Part shown: positions 51,648 to 60,024 of the stretch, in pieces | Layout: each line of letters starts with the position of its first letter | How positions within the stretch are numbered: position 1 is the first letter of the stretch | Assembly: GCA_964594455.1 (NCBI GenBank) | Contig: CAZQLY010000008.1 | Location: 42 to 64,041 of the forward strand | DNA length: 64,000 bases | Direction of reading: 5' to 3' | DNA from: an uncultured Gammaproteobacteria bacterium | Lineage (GTDB): Bacteria; Patescibacteriota; Patescibacteriia; JAHIZJ01 | Made by a program: the position numbers and the translations under genes | The notes under the pieces: generated by a model | What the model was told of the DNA's origin: nothing | What the model saw: only the letters and a program-made list of their open reading frames with translations | Databases searched by the model: none

Positions 51648-52601
51648 ATGTTTCACACGCCGGTTCTTCTAAAAGAAACCATTGAGTGGCTAAACCTCAA
51701 GCCAAATGACAACGTGATTGATGCCACTTTGGGTGGAGGCGGTCACGCTGAGGCTATTTTAAAAGAAATATCGCCTAACGGCCAACTGATAGGTTTTGAC
51801 CTGGATCCAGCAGCCGTACAGGAAACTGAGAAGAGATTAAAGAGGCTTGGTAAGCGGATACATCTTTTTCAAAAAAGTTACACCAATGTAAAAAAAATTT
51901 ACGATGAACAATTTCCAGATATTCCAATTAATGCTATTCTACTTGACCTTGGCCTATCATCATTTCAACTCAAAGATCGGACCCGGGGATTTTCCTTTCT
52001 AGATTCTAACGCCCCGTTGGATATGCGCTTCTCAGGCGAAGGCAAGACAGCGGCAGATATCCTCAATACGTTCTCTAAAAAAGATCTCACTCACATACTA
52101 TCGGAGTACGGCCAAGAACCTTATACCCGCCAGATTGTCACCGATATTTATCGGCAAAGGCAAAAACAAAAATTTTCTACAGTAGGCGATCTGGCCGCGG
52201 CCGTACTCCGGGTATATAAAAGTAAGCTTCATTCAAATAATAAAAAACCTTGGGTTGGCGGAACTCACCCAGCGACTCGTACGTTTCAAGCGCTACGCAT
52301 GGCTGTGAATGATGAGTTGTCCAATATTCAAGTCGTTCTTCAGCAAGCCGTTGATGTCATGGTCAGCGGCGGACGACTCGTGGTGATAAGCTTCCATTCT
52401 TTAGAAGACAAAGTGGTCAAGGAGTTTATTGCTCAAGAGAGCCGTAATTGCATTTGTCCGCCCGAGCTACCAGTTTGTCGTTGTCAGCACAAAAAAAGGA
52501 TAAAGCGTATGACGAAAAAGGCAATTACCGCAAGCGAAGACGAACTGAAGATAAACTCACGAGCTCGGTCTGCTCACCTCAGGGTAGTTGAAAAAATATA
52601 A
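51648..52601 (+). CDS. rsmH: 16S rRNA m4C1402 methyltransferase
   Basis: HTPVLL, DATLGGGGH, LDMR and ISFHSLED; start trimmed to ATG at 51648. Confidence 0.96.
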   Translation: MFHTPVLLKETIEWLNLKPNDNVIDATLGGGGHAEAILKEISPNGQLIGFDLDPAAVQETEKRLKRLGKRIHLFQKSYTNVKKIYDEQFPDIPINAILLDLGLSSFQLKDRTRGFSFLDSNAPLDMRFSGEGKTAADILNTFSKKDLTHILSEYGQEPYTRQIVTDIYRQRQKQKFSTVGDLAAAVLRVYKSKLHSNNKKPWVGGTHPATRTFQALRMAVNDELSNIQVVLQQAVDVMVSGGRLVVISFHSLEDKVVKEFIAQESRNCICPPELPVCRCQHKKRIKRMTKKAITASEDELKINSRARSAHLRVVEKI

Positions 52602-52606
52602 ACACT

Positions 52607-52993
52607 ATGTCAAAATACTTTTGGCTCTGCAAAGTTAATACTCAAAAACACGTCGATGGTCGCCCGATGCGGTTTAAGGACAAGATAAAATGTTCACCAT
52701 TAGCCTTGAACATCCTTTTTATTGTCGTTATTGTGCTGTTGGGAACTGCCTATTTAGTGCAAATCAATCAAACTGCTACCAGTGGTTTTGCCATGAAAGA
52801 CATGAATAAGCAAATCAATGAACTAAAGGAACAGCACCAGAAATTAGAACTCCAAGTAGCTGATCTGCAGTCATTGCAAAATATTCAAGATGCCACCGAA
52901 AGGCTTCAGCTTGTTTCTCACACCAAATTAGAATATGTCCAGCCAACCGATGGAATGGTGGCTTTGGAAAAAATAGTTCGACAATCTAAATAA
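52607..52993 (+). CDS. ftsL: FtsL-like cell division protein
   Basis: One TM helix plus coiled coil, between rsmH and the PBP gene. Confidence 0.65.
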   Translation: MSKYFWLCKVNTQKHVDGRPMRFKDKIKCSPLALNILFIVVIVLLGTAYLVQINQTATSGFAMKDMNKQINELKEQHQKLELQVADLQSLQNIQDATERLQLVSHTKLEYVQPTDGMVALEKIVRQSK

Positions 52994-53002
52994 TATCTAG
53001 AT

Positions 53003-54769
53003 ATGGCAAAGGTCTGGAGGAAAAGATATCAGACAAAACGCTCTGCAGAAAAGCGCTTTGATCGACTGACTTTTCTCACCTTAGTCATTTTTTTATTTGT
53101 TGGAATAATAGTTTATCGATTGTTTGTCTTGATGGTTATGGAGCATCCGTTTTATGAAGCTCTAGCTTCGGGGCAGCATGATATTTATGAAAAGCTTATC
53201 CCAGAACGCGGGGAAATACTGGTACCTGACCGTTATTCGGAAGATCAGATGTATTCTGTGGCAACCAACAAGACATACCAGCTGGTTTATGCAGTGCCAA
53301 AAAAAATAACTGATTCTGAAGACGCGGCAAAAAAACTAGCGCCTATTTTAGACGTTGAAGAAGAAGAAATCCTCCCGCGACTTCAGAAAGAGGATGATTT
53401 ATATGAGCCTCTGAAGAGACAGGTGCCTGACGATGATATTGAGAAGATAAAAAGTTTAGAAATTGAAGGCATAGAGTTTAGCGATGAAAGTTATCGCTAT
53501 TATCCCGAAGGTAAATATTTTGGTCAGGTGCTGGGGTTTGTCGGGTATCAAGGAGACGAACGAGCTGGTCAATATGGAATCGAAGGTTATTTCAATGAAG
53601 TGCTGTCTGGTGAGCAGGGATTCTTTCAAGCTCAGATGGATGCCGGCGGTAACTGGATAACGGTAGGAGATACGCAGTTCAAAGAAGCGGTTGATGGTGC
53701 CGATATAGTATTGACCATTGATCGAACAATTCAGTTCACCGTTTGCGAGAAGCTAGCTAAGGCCGTGGAACGTCATGGGGCTGATTCAGGCAGCGTGGTT
53801 ATACTGGACCCAAAAACCGGAGCAGTTATGACCATGTGTAATTACCCGGATTACGATCCCAATAATTATAACGAAGTAGAAAGCGCTGATGTTTATATTA
53901 ATCGAGCAATATACAATCAATATGAGCCTGGATCAGTATTTAAGCCAATTACCATGGCGGCAGCATTAAACGAAGGTGAAGTCGGTCCCAACACCAAGTA
54001 TGTAGATGAAGGGAGTATTGAAATAGGCAAATATACTATTAGGAATGCGGATAGTAAAGTGTATGGAGAACAGACAATGACACAGGTGCTGGAAGAATCG
54101 ATCAATACTGGAGCTATATTTGCGGCCGAGAAAATTGGCAATGAACGTTTTTACGAATACATTAAGAGGTTTGGTTTTGGTAAAAGTACCGGTATCCAGC
54201 TTCAGACAGAGGTTTCTGGAGATTTGAGCAGTGTGGCTGAACTAAAGGATATTTATACCGCCACCGCTTCATACGGTCACGGTATTACGGTAACACCTTT
54301 ACAATTAGTCGCTGCCTATGCGGCCATAGCAAATGGTGGTAAACTCTTGAAGCCCTACATTGTGGATGAAGTAAGATATAGTGATGGCTATGTAAACAAA
54401 ACAACTCCAGAGGAGATAACTCAGGTTCTGACTTCAAAAACAGCAGCCACTCTCGGAGCTATGTTGGTCCGGGTAGTAGAAAACGGACACGGAAAACTGG
54501 CTGGAGTGAATGGTTATTATATTGCCGGTAAAACTGGCACAGCTCAATTACCCCTGACTGATAGAGTAGGCTATGATCCTAATCGTACGATCGGAAGTTT
54601 TGCTGGCTTCGGTCCGGTCGATGATCCGGCCTTTGCCATGATTGTCAGGATAGATGTTCCTAGAGATGTGATTTGGGCAGAAAGTTCAGCCGCTCCACTT
54701 TTCGGAGATATTGCAGAATTTTTATTAAATTATTTCGAGGTACCGCCTAACCGTGGTGCTAATGACTAA
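53003..54769 (+). CDS. ftsI: Class B penicillin-binding protein (FtsI-like)
   Basis: EPGSVFK (SxxK), SIN (SxN) and KTGT; dcw position. Confidence 0.9.
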   Translation: MAKVWRKRYQTKRSAEKRFDRLTFLTLVIFLFVGIIVYRLFVLMVMEHPFYEALASGQHDIYEKLIPERGEILVPDRYSEDQMYSVATNKTYQLVYAVPKKITDSEDAAKKLAPILDVEEEEILPRLQKEDDLYEPLKRQVPDDDIEKIKSLEIEGIEFSDESYRYYPEGKYFGQVLGFVGYQGDERAGQYGIEGYFNEVLSGEQGFFQAQMDAGGNWITVGDTQFKEAVDGADIVLTIDRTIQFTVCEKLAKAVERHGADSGSVVILDPKTGAVMTMCNYPDYDPNNYNEVESADVYINRAIYNQYEPGSVFKPITMAAALNEGEVGPNTKYVDEGSIEIGKYTIRNADSKVYGEQTMTQVLEESINTGAIFAAEKIGNERFYEYIKRFGFGKSTGIQLQTEVSGDLSSVAELKDIYTATASYGHGITVTPLQLVAAYAAIANGGKLLKPYIVDEVRYSDGYVNKTTPEEITQVLTSKTAATLGAMLVRVVENGHGKLAGVNGYYIAGKTGTAQLPLTDRVGYDPNRTIGSFAGFGPVDDPAFAMIVRIDVPRDVIWAESSAAPLFGDIAEFLLNYFEVPPNRGAND

Positions 54770-56054
54770 AATGAGGCAATTATTGCAAAAAATATTGCGT
54801 TCACTGGCTAGTAAGATTATCAAAAGGTATCAGCCCAAGATAATCGGAATTACTGGCAGTGTAGGCAAGACTTCCACTAAAGAAGCCATCTATACAGTAT
54901 TGGTAGAACATTATAATTGCCGCCAGAACCAAAAAAACTACAATAATGAAATAGGTGTGCCACTGTCTATAATTGGTCAAGAGAGCGGTAATAAAAATAT
55001 CTTTGCCTGGCTGAAAATTGTATTTTCAGCTTGGAGTTTAATTTACGGTAAGAAAAAAAACTATCCTGAAATTTTAATCTTAGAATTTGGCGCTGACCAC
55101 CCCGGGGACATTAAATATCTGGTTAACTTTGCCAAACCCTACATAGGTGTTGTTACAGCGGTGGGGCCAGTACACCTGGAGTATTTTTCAAAAATTGATC
55201 GTATCGCTCATGAGAAGGGGCGGCTTATACGTAACCTTCCATCTGAGGGTTCGGCAATTTTGAATATGGATGATGATCTAGTTCTACCCATGAAGGAGCA
55301 TACATCAGCCTCAGTAATTACTTTTGGCTATGGAGAAAAATCGGATATCAGAGCCCACGATATCAGTCTGAGCTATGGCCCAGACAAGAAAACCGAAGGC
55401 ATTCCCAGCGGATTGAGTTTTAAAATTACCTTCAAGGGTAACACTGTACCCATATTCATACCCAAGTTGATCGGTGAACACCAGCTCTATCCGGTTTTGG
55501 CCGCTTTTGCTGTAGGAACGGCATTTAATCTAAATGCCATTGATATTGCCAAAAGACTGGGGCAGTATCAGGCTCCCCCGGGCCGGATGAATTTGATACC
55601 GGGAATTAAGCAAACCATAATCATAGATGATTCATATAATTCATCTCCTACCGCCGCCAAAGCCGCATTAGAAGTCATCAAAGAGTTAAAAGTAACTGGT
55701 CGGAAATTTGCCGCTTTGGGCGATATGGCTGAACTAGGGACATATACAGAACAAGGCCATAATGAAGTAGGGGAATCTGTATTAGGATCCGTTGATTACT
55801 TGATTACTGTAGGAGAAAAGGCTAAGCTGATTGCGCAATCAGCTCAGGATAGTGGGTTTGACCCAGATTGCATATTTAGCTTCCCAGATTCAGCTACCGC
55901 CGGGCGCTTCATCCAGAATCGCATCCAGACGTTTGATGCCATATTGATCAAAGGATCTCAGGTGTCTCGCATGGAAAAAATAGTCAAGGAATTAATGGCT
56001 GAACCTCTACGGGCAAAGGAATTGCTCGTACGTCAGGGATCAGCCTGGCAATAG
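54762..56054 (+). CDS. murF: UDP-MurNAc-tripeptide--D-Ala-D-Ala ligase
   Basis: ITGSVGKTSTKE, NNEIGVP, DDSYNSSP, LGDMAELG and IKGS. Confidence 0.92.
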   Translation: MTKMRQLLQKILRSLASKIIKRYQPKIIGITGSVGKTSTKEAIYTVLVEHYNCRQNQKNYNNEIGVPLSIIGQESGNKNIFAWLKIVFSAWSLIYGKKKNYPEILILEFGADHPGDIKYLVNFAKPYIGVVTAVGPVHLEYFSKIDRIAHEKGRLIRNLPSEGSAILNMDDDLVLPMKEHTSASVITFGYGEKSDIRAHDISLSYGPDKKTEGIPSGLSFKITFKGNTVPIFIPKLIGEHQLYPVLAAFAVGTAFNLNAIDIAKRLGQYQAPPGRMNLIPGIKQTIIIDDSYNSSPTAAKAALEVIKELKVTGRKFAALGDMAELGTYTEQGHNEVGESVLGSVDYLITVGEKAKLIAQSAQDSGFDPDCIFSFPDSATAGRFIQNRIQTFDAILIKGSQVSRMEKIVKELMAEPLRAKELLVRQGSAWQ

Positions 56055-56088
56055 AACCAAAGCTCTCTTTTCCAAGGAGGGTACTAAA

Positions 56089-56301
56089 ATGTATGGGAAT
56101 AAGAAACCCGATCGAGTTGAATCCCATACAGGCGTCTACCACACCAACCCAGGAAAAGTGACATTTCAAGCCTGGTATGAGGTCTATCATCTCCCGGACG
56201 GTAGATACGTATGGAAAATGGTCCCAGGATCATTCAAGAAATTGAAGACAGAACCTATTACTGATCCTGAAGAACGAGACAGGGCCAGCCAATCCTGGTA
56301 G
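56089..56301 (+). CDS. Small orphan protein (70 aa)
   Basis: Strong SD AAGGAGG 8 nt upstream and a terminator directly after the stop. Confidence 0.6.
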   Translation: MYGNKKPDRVESHTGVYHTNPGKVTFQAWYEVYHLPDGRYVWKMVPGSFKKLKTEPITDPEERDRASQSW

Positions 56302-56333
56302 CTCACATGCATTGAATTGCGATGTGAGCTTTT
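56300..56333 (+). terminator. Intrinsic terminator
   Basis: AGCTCACAT...ATGTGAGCT followed by TTT. Confidence 0.65.
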
Positions 56334-56711
56334 AATATATCGACACAATCGGTTTAATAGAATATATTACATAAGCTCTTTGCAAGTTTCGGGCAGAACC
56401 AGACATCCTCCATTGGGAAAAGGGGAAATCCTTTCAAAAAAAAAATGGAGGCGGGGAACCACTTCATGGAGATCATTTGCCATGAGTGTCGGGGTTCTCA
56501 AACTCCTTAGAAACGACTTCGGCGCAACCTAATTGTGCTACACCCCGAAAACGTGACACACTGGGAGGCGTCTACTTGCATCAGTGTTCTGCCCACTTCT
56601 TCTCGAAGGTCAGGTCTGTTGCCTCGGGTTCGTCTTCTTATGGCATCCACCATCTCAAGACGCACCCACCCGGCCAATTGCCAGTGCCGGCAGTACCTGG
56701 CCTTCTCTTCT

Positions 56712-56796
56712 GAGACTGGAACCACTAACCATTTGTACCCAATAGGGCTCATAGGTTTAGTGGGCACCAAGAACCCATGGTTCCAGTCTCTTTTTT
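56712..56796 (+). terminator. Long-hairpin terminator
   Basis: 13-bp GAGACTGGAACCA/TGGTTCCAGTCTC stem followed by T6. Confidence 0.65.
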
Positions 56797-56797
56797 A

Positions 56798-56853
56798 TTT
56801 ACAAAAGTTTATTCTCGTTATATACTGAAGCCGTCTTTTGATATTGAGACGGC
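56798..56853 (+). promoter_or_regulatory. Promoter plus palindromic operator candidate
   Basis: TTTACA-17 nt-TATACT, then GCCGTCT-N10-AGACGGC over the predicted +1. Confidence 0.6.
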
Positions 56854-56861
56854 GCAAGATT

Positions 56862-57869
56862 ATGGCTTTATCTAGACCAAAAATTTGCCTCTTGTTCAGC
56901 GGCGGTTCAACGTTAATCAATCGGGACAATAAACCGATTGAGGTTAACGCCAAGAAAGATATTACCGGCTGGATAAAAGAAGTCCCGGAGCTAAAAGTGA
57001 TCGCTGATATTGATGCGTTTTTTGTATTTGACGAATTAACTGATCAGATCTCTCCTCAGGTTTGGTCGACACTAGGTCAGGAAATAAAAAAACGATACAG
57101 CCAATACGATGGTTTTGTCATTACTCATGATTTCAGTTCCATAGTTTATACGGGCTCCGCACTGAGCTACATGCTCCAGAATTTGGGTAAGCCGGTAGTG
57201 CTCACCGGGTCTCAGGAATCAGATAATCCTAAAGCAGCAGAAAAAAAAGTATTTGATGGTTTCAGAAGACTGGGCATCAGAGCCAATCTGATAAATGCTG
57301 TTCAAGTGGCTACGATGGACGTAGCCGAGGTCGGTATCATTTTTGGTAATCGCTTTTTAAGAGCTACTCAAACTCAGAAAACACCCACGACTGTTTTAAA
57401 CTTTTATGATAGCCTGGCGGGATATTTGGGCAAGGTGGACTTTGGGATAAAATTGGCCGAGGATCGTCAACGTCGCCGCAAAACTGCTTTGGTATTGCGT
57501 CCGGAAATAGAGCATGAAGTTTTTGTGTTACGATTACATCCAGGCATTGATATAAAAACAGCCATTAATTCAATAACCGAAAATGCTGGAGCTATCTACA
57601 TTCAGGCGCTAGACGCCACACTGAAAGATTCTGACATTAAGTTTCTCAATAAATTTGGTTCTGACAAAAACGCTATCATATTCATTCAGCAACGCGAAAA
57701 CAAAAATATCCGAGCCAATAATCATATAGTGAATGTTCCGTCTATGTTTCCCGAAGCTTCTTTAGTTAAGATAATGTGGGCTTTGGGCCAGACCAACTCT
57801 GTCAAAAGACTGCAGGAATTAATGAACGAGAATTTGGCTAATGAGCTGATAACAGGAGCCCGACCATGA
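56862..57869 (+). CDS. Asparaginase-fold protein, probably catalytically inactive
   Basis: YDGFVITH, LSYMLQNLGKPVVLTGSQ and NLINAV show the type I asparaginase fold, but TGGTI is SGGST and HGTDT is HDFSS. Confidence 0.8.
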   Translation: MALSRPKICLLFSGGSTLINRDNKPIEVNAKKDITGWIKEVPELKVIADIDAFFVFDELTDQISPQVWSTLGQEIKKRYSQYDGFVITHDFSSIVYTGSALSYMLQNLGKPVVLTGSQESDNPKAAEKKVFDGFRRLGIRANLINAVQVATMDVAEVGIIFGNRFLRATQTQKTPTTVLNFYDSLAGYLGKVDFGIKLAEDRQRRRKTALVLRPEIEHEVFVLRLHPGIDIKTAINSITENAGAIYIQALDATLKDSDIKFLNKFGSDKNAIIFIQQRENKNIRANNHIVNVPSMFPEASLVKIMWALGQTNSVKRLQELMNENLANELITGARP

Positions 57870-58468
57870 AGATATATTACTTTGCCAGCCAAGTTCAGAA
57901 AGAATCCACGCGTGGTTTGCAGCTCAGACTGAAGCGCTTATTGGAGCAGTCAGGTATTGTGGTAATGTCGAATTTGAATCTCACCGGCGAAGCGGTAACC
58001 AGCGTTATGGAGCGAGCAGAAGAATTGGGCCAGAGCGTGTTGGACCAAATGGATGCTTTAGTTATCGAAGGTTCGGGTAACGATCCTGAAATAGGCTACT
58101 TGCTGGCTTATGCTATTTCTACCAAAAAGCCAACTCTGTATCTGACTGAAAAGGGGAGTCAGGCTAAAAATCCGCTGCGATTCTTAAGTGAAAAAAAGAC
58201 CCCATCAAATATTACTGTAAAAAATTATACCGCCACCACTCTGGAAAATACTTTGCAGGGTTTGCTACCCGGATTAGATGATAGTGAATTCAATGAACCC
58301 CCAACGATAAAATTTACTTTACGCATTACTCCATTGATCGAACAATATCTCCATTGGAAAACCCATAATACTAAACTCACTAAAGCAGATTTCCTACGCC
58401 AGTTGATTATTGATGAAGTAATAAAAAAAGACGAGGAGTATCAGAAGTACCGTCGGAAAAGAAATTAG
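57866..58468 (+). CDS. Nucleoside 2-deoxyribosyltransferase-like domain fused to a ribbon-helix-helix domain
   Basis: MKIYY, DALVIEGS..PEIGYLLAYAISTKKPTLYL and C-terminal KFTLRITPLIEQYL...TKADFLRQLI; ATGA overlap with the upstream gene. Confidence 0.65.
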   Translation: MKIYYFASQVQKESTRGLQLRLKRLLEQSGIVVMSNLNLTGEAVTSVMERAEELGQSVLDQMDALVIEGSGNDPEIGYLLAYAISTKKPTLYLTEKGSQAKNPLRFLSEKKTPSNITVKNYTATTLENTLQGLLPGLDDSEFNEPPTIKFTLRITPLIEQYLHWKTHNTKLTKADFLRQLIIDEVIKKDEEYQKYRRKRN

Positions 58469-58563
58469 CGTTCAGAATTTCTCCTCACCACGCTGGTGAA
58501 GCAGACCAGACCTCCAGGGTTGGATAGCGATGGTTTTTTGTTTTTATTAAATAATAAAATTTA

Positions 58564-58591
58564 TTGACAAAGGCTGCTGAGCTGATAAAAT
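58564..58591 (+). promoter_or_regulatory. Sigma70-type promoter of ssb
   Basis: TTGACA-16 nt-TAAAAT with TG extension, about 170 nt before the ATG. Confidence 0.7.
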
Positions 58592-58760
58592 ATAGATAGA
58601 TATTATAGCCGTCGCATAGTACAGCGCCGTCGCAGGAATCAAGCAGAAATTGATTTTTCAAAAGCTTGGGCAAAAGATAGCTGAAATATCTGACCAAAGC
58701 CGTCTCTCAACGTTGGGGATATATCTGAAAAAGTCGGTTAGGGAGTGGAAAGGTAGAACC

Positions 58761-59192
58761 ATGAACCTTAATAAAGCCAGTATCATCGGCAATCTGACAA
58801 AAGACCCAGTGGTGCGCCAGCTCCCATCAGGCCAGAGTGTGGCCTCATTCAGCGTAGCGACTAATTATGTTTGGCGTGAACCCAAGACCCGCAACAAAAA
58901 AGAAACCACTGAGTTTCATAACGTAGTTGCTTGGGGTAAATTGGGGGAAATCTGCGGACAGTATTTGAAGAAAGGCGGAAAAGTTTATATTGAAGGCCGG
59001 CTGCAGACCCGTTTCTGGACTGATAAGTCAAATAATAAAAAATCACGCACGGAAATAGTTGCGGACGATCTGATCATGTTAGGCCACGTCAGCTCAAAGA
59101 AGGATGAGGTCAACGAATCAAAGAAAGAAGTAGAGTTGGCCAAAGAGGAAATCAGCCTCGAGAACGTACCAGTTGAAGAACCAGTCCAATAA
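58761..59192 (+). CDS. ssb: Single-stranded DNA-binding protein without the DDIPF tip
   Basis: MNLNKASIIGNLTKDP, TEFHNVVAWGKLGE and VYIEGRLQTR; start at ATG 58761 after GAAAGG. Confidence 0.93.
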   Translation: MNLNKASIIGNLTKDPVVRQLPSGQSVASFSVATNYVWREPKTRNKKETTEFHNVVAWGKLGEICGQYLKKGGKVYIEGRLQTRFWTDKSNNKKSRTEIVADDLIMLGHVSSKKDEVNESKKEVELAKEEISLENVPVEEPVQ

Positions 59193-59208
59193 AAAGCACT
59201 TTACAATA

Positions 59209-59318
59209 CAAATCACTTGATGTTTGCTCGCCTTACACTTTTTGGGTAGTGGAAGCCAACCCGTCCTCTGGTTTTGACTGCCAGATAAAAGGTAGGTGGG
59301 CAAAGATTAGGTGGTTTG
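59209..59318 (+). ncRNA. Candidate structured RNA, copy 1 (long stem with two-hairpin head)
   Basis: 59209-59221/59306-59318 and 59223-59233/59294-59304 give 24 bp with 5 G-U pairs, plus about 7 further bp and two apical hairpins. Confidence 0.55.
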
Positions 59319-59331
59319 GAATAGATTCCAT

Positions 59332-59361
59332 AAGACGGGTATTTGACCCGTCTTTTTGTTT
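59332..59361 (+). terminator. Intrinsic terminator
   Basis: AAGACGGGT-ATTTG-ACCCGTCTT followed by a T-rich tail. Confidence 0.75.
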
Positions 59362-59362
59362 A

Positions 59363-59498
59363 GCCGTCGTTCTCTGCTCGCCTTCCGGATGAATTAACAT
59401 TTAAGACAAATCTCCCTGCCGTCTTTTCCTTTCAGCCTGGTTTCGGAATACTGAAACTGAGCTGAGGGTTTCTTCGCCGGAGGTGGGCAGTGATTGGC
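59363..59498 (+). ncRNA. Candidate structured RNA, copy 2 (same core helix and architecture)
   Basis: CTGCTCGCCTTCCGG/CCGGAGGTGGGCAG stem with two apical hairpins containing G-U pairs. Confidence 0.5.
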
Positions 59499-59560
59499 GT
59501 GTAAACAACTGACTTTTTTGAAACCCGATTTGATGATATACTCTATTCGGGAGATTGGAT

Positions 59561-59935
59561 ATGAAATTGTCTCTAATAGGCACAAAAGTCAAAACAAGAA
59601 AAAAAACAGTACTTGATACTACCAAGTTGGCGGTCGTACTGTTCGGAGGCGTTTTTTTGGGCATCATGGTAATAGCTATTGCCAAGCACGATAAAGTAGA
59701 CGAAGAATTAAATACTAATACCACAGCAGAAGTAGAGGTTCCTTTGCCGGCTGGGTCTTTGTCAGAAAACGAGTGTATCAAGTACGGTGCTGATGACTGT
59801 CCTTCGGGCTGTGAAGTATGCATTCCTGATCCAACCTTCAAGGATCAGGCCTGTCATTCAGAAACAGTTTGTGATCAGATACAAGTTTATCTTGAGTGGC
59901 TGGATATGTTAAAACAGAGTTTAGTAGAAGAATAA
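59561..59935 (+). CDS. Membrane-anchored Cys-rich hypothetical protein
   Basis: One TM helix and six Cys in the extracellular part, followed by a terminator. Confidence 0.65.
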   Translation: MKLSLIGTKVKTRKKTVLDTTKLAVVLFGGVFLGIMVIAIAKHDKVDEELNTNTTAEVEVPLPAGSLSENECIKYGADDCPSGCEVCIPDPTFKDQACHSETVCDQIQVYLEWLDMLKQSLVEE

Positions 59936-59950
59936 TCTTATTTCACAAAA

Positions 59951-59982
59951 AACAAAAAGCCCTTTAACGGGCTGTTTTTGTT
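59951..59982. terminator. Bidirectional terminator
   Basis: AACAAAAAGCCC-TTTAAC-GGGCTGTTTTTGTT between convergent genes. Confidence 0.7.
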
Positions 59983-60024
59983 ACCAGGCGGCCATGCATT
60001 TATTAGTGGGTTGTTGCTAGAATA

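Noticed and set aside
58650-58760. N-terminal extension of SSB shown in the ORF track
   Set aside because: TTG start with no SSB similarity; the typical MNLNK start with an SD-like motif is at 58761
59209-59498. SRP RNA, 6S RNA, tmRNA or tRNA
   Set aside because: No SRP CAGG/GGAA/AGCAG motif, no large central bubble, no T-arm or CCA end; kept as an unknown structured element
59394-59841. Minus-strand ORFs of 63 and 146 aa
   Set aside because: Antisense to a structured element and a better-supported membrane protein gene; no recognisable motifs
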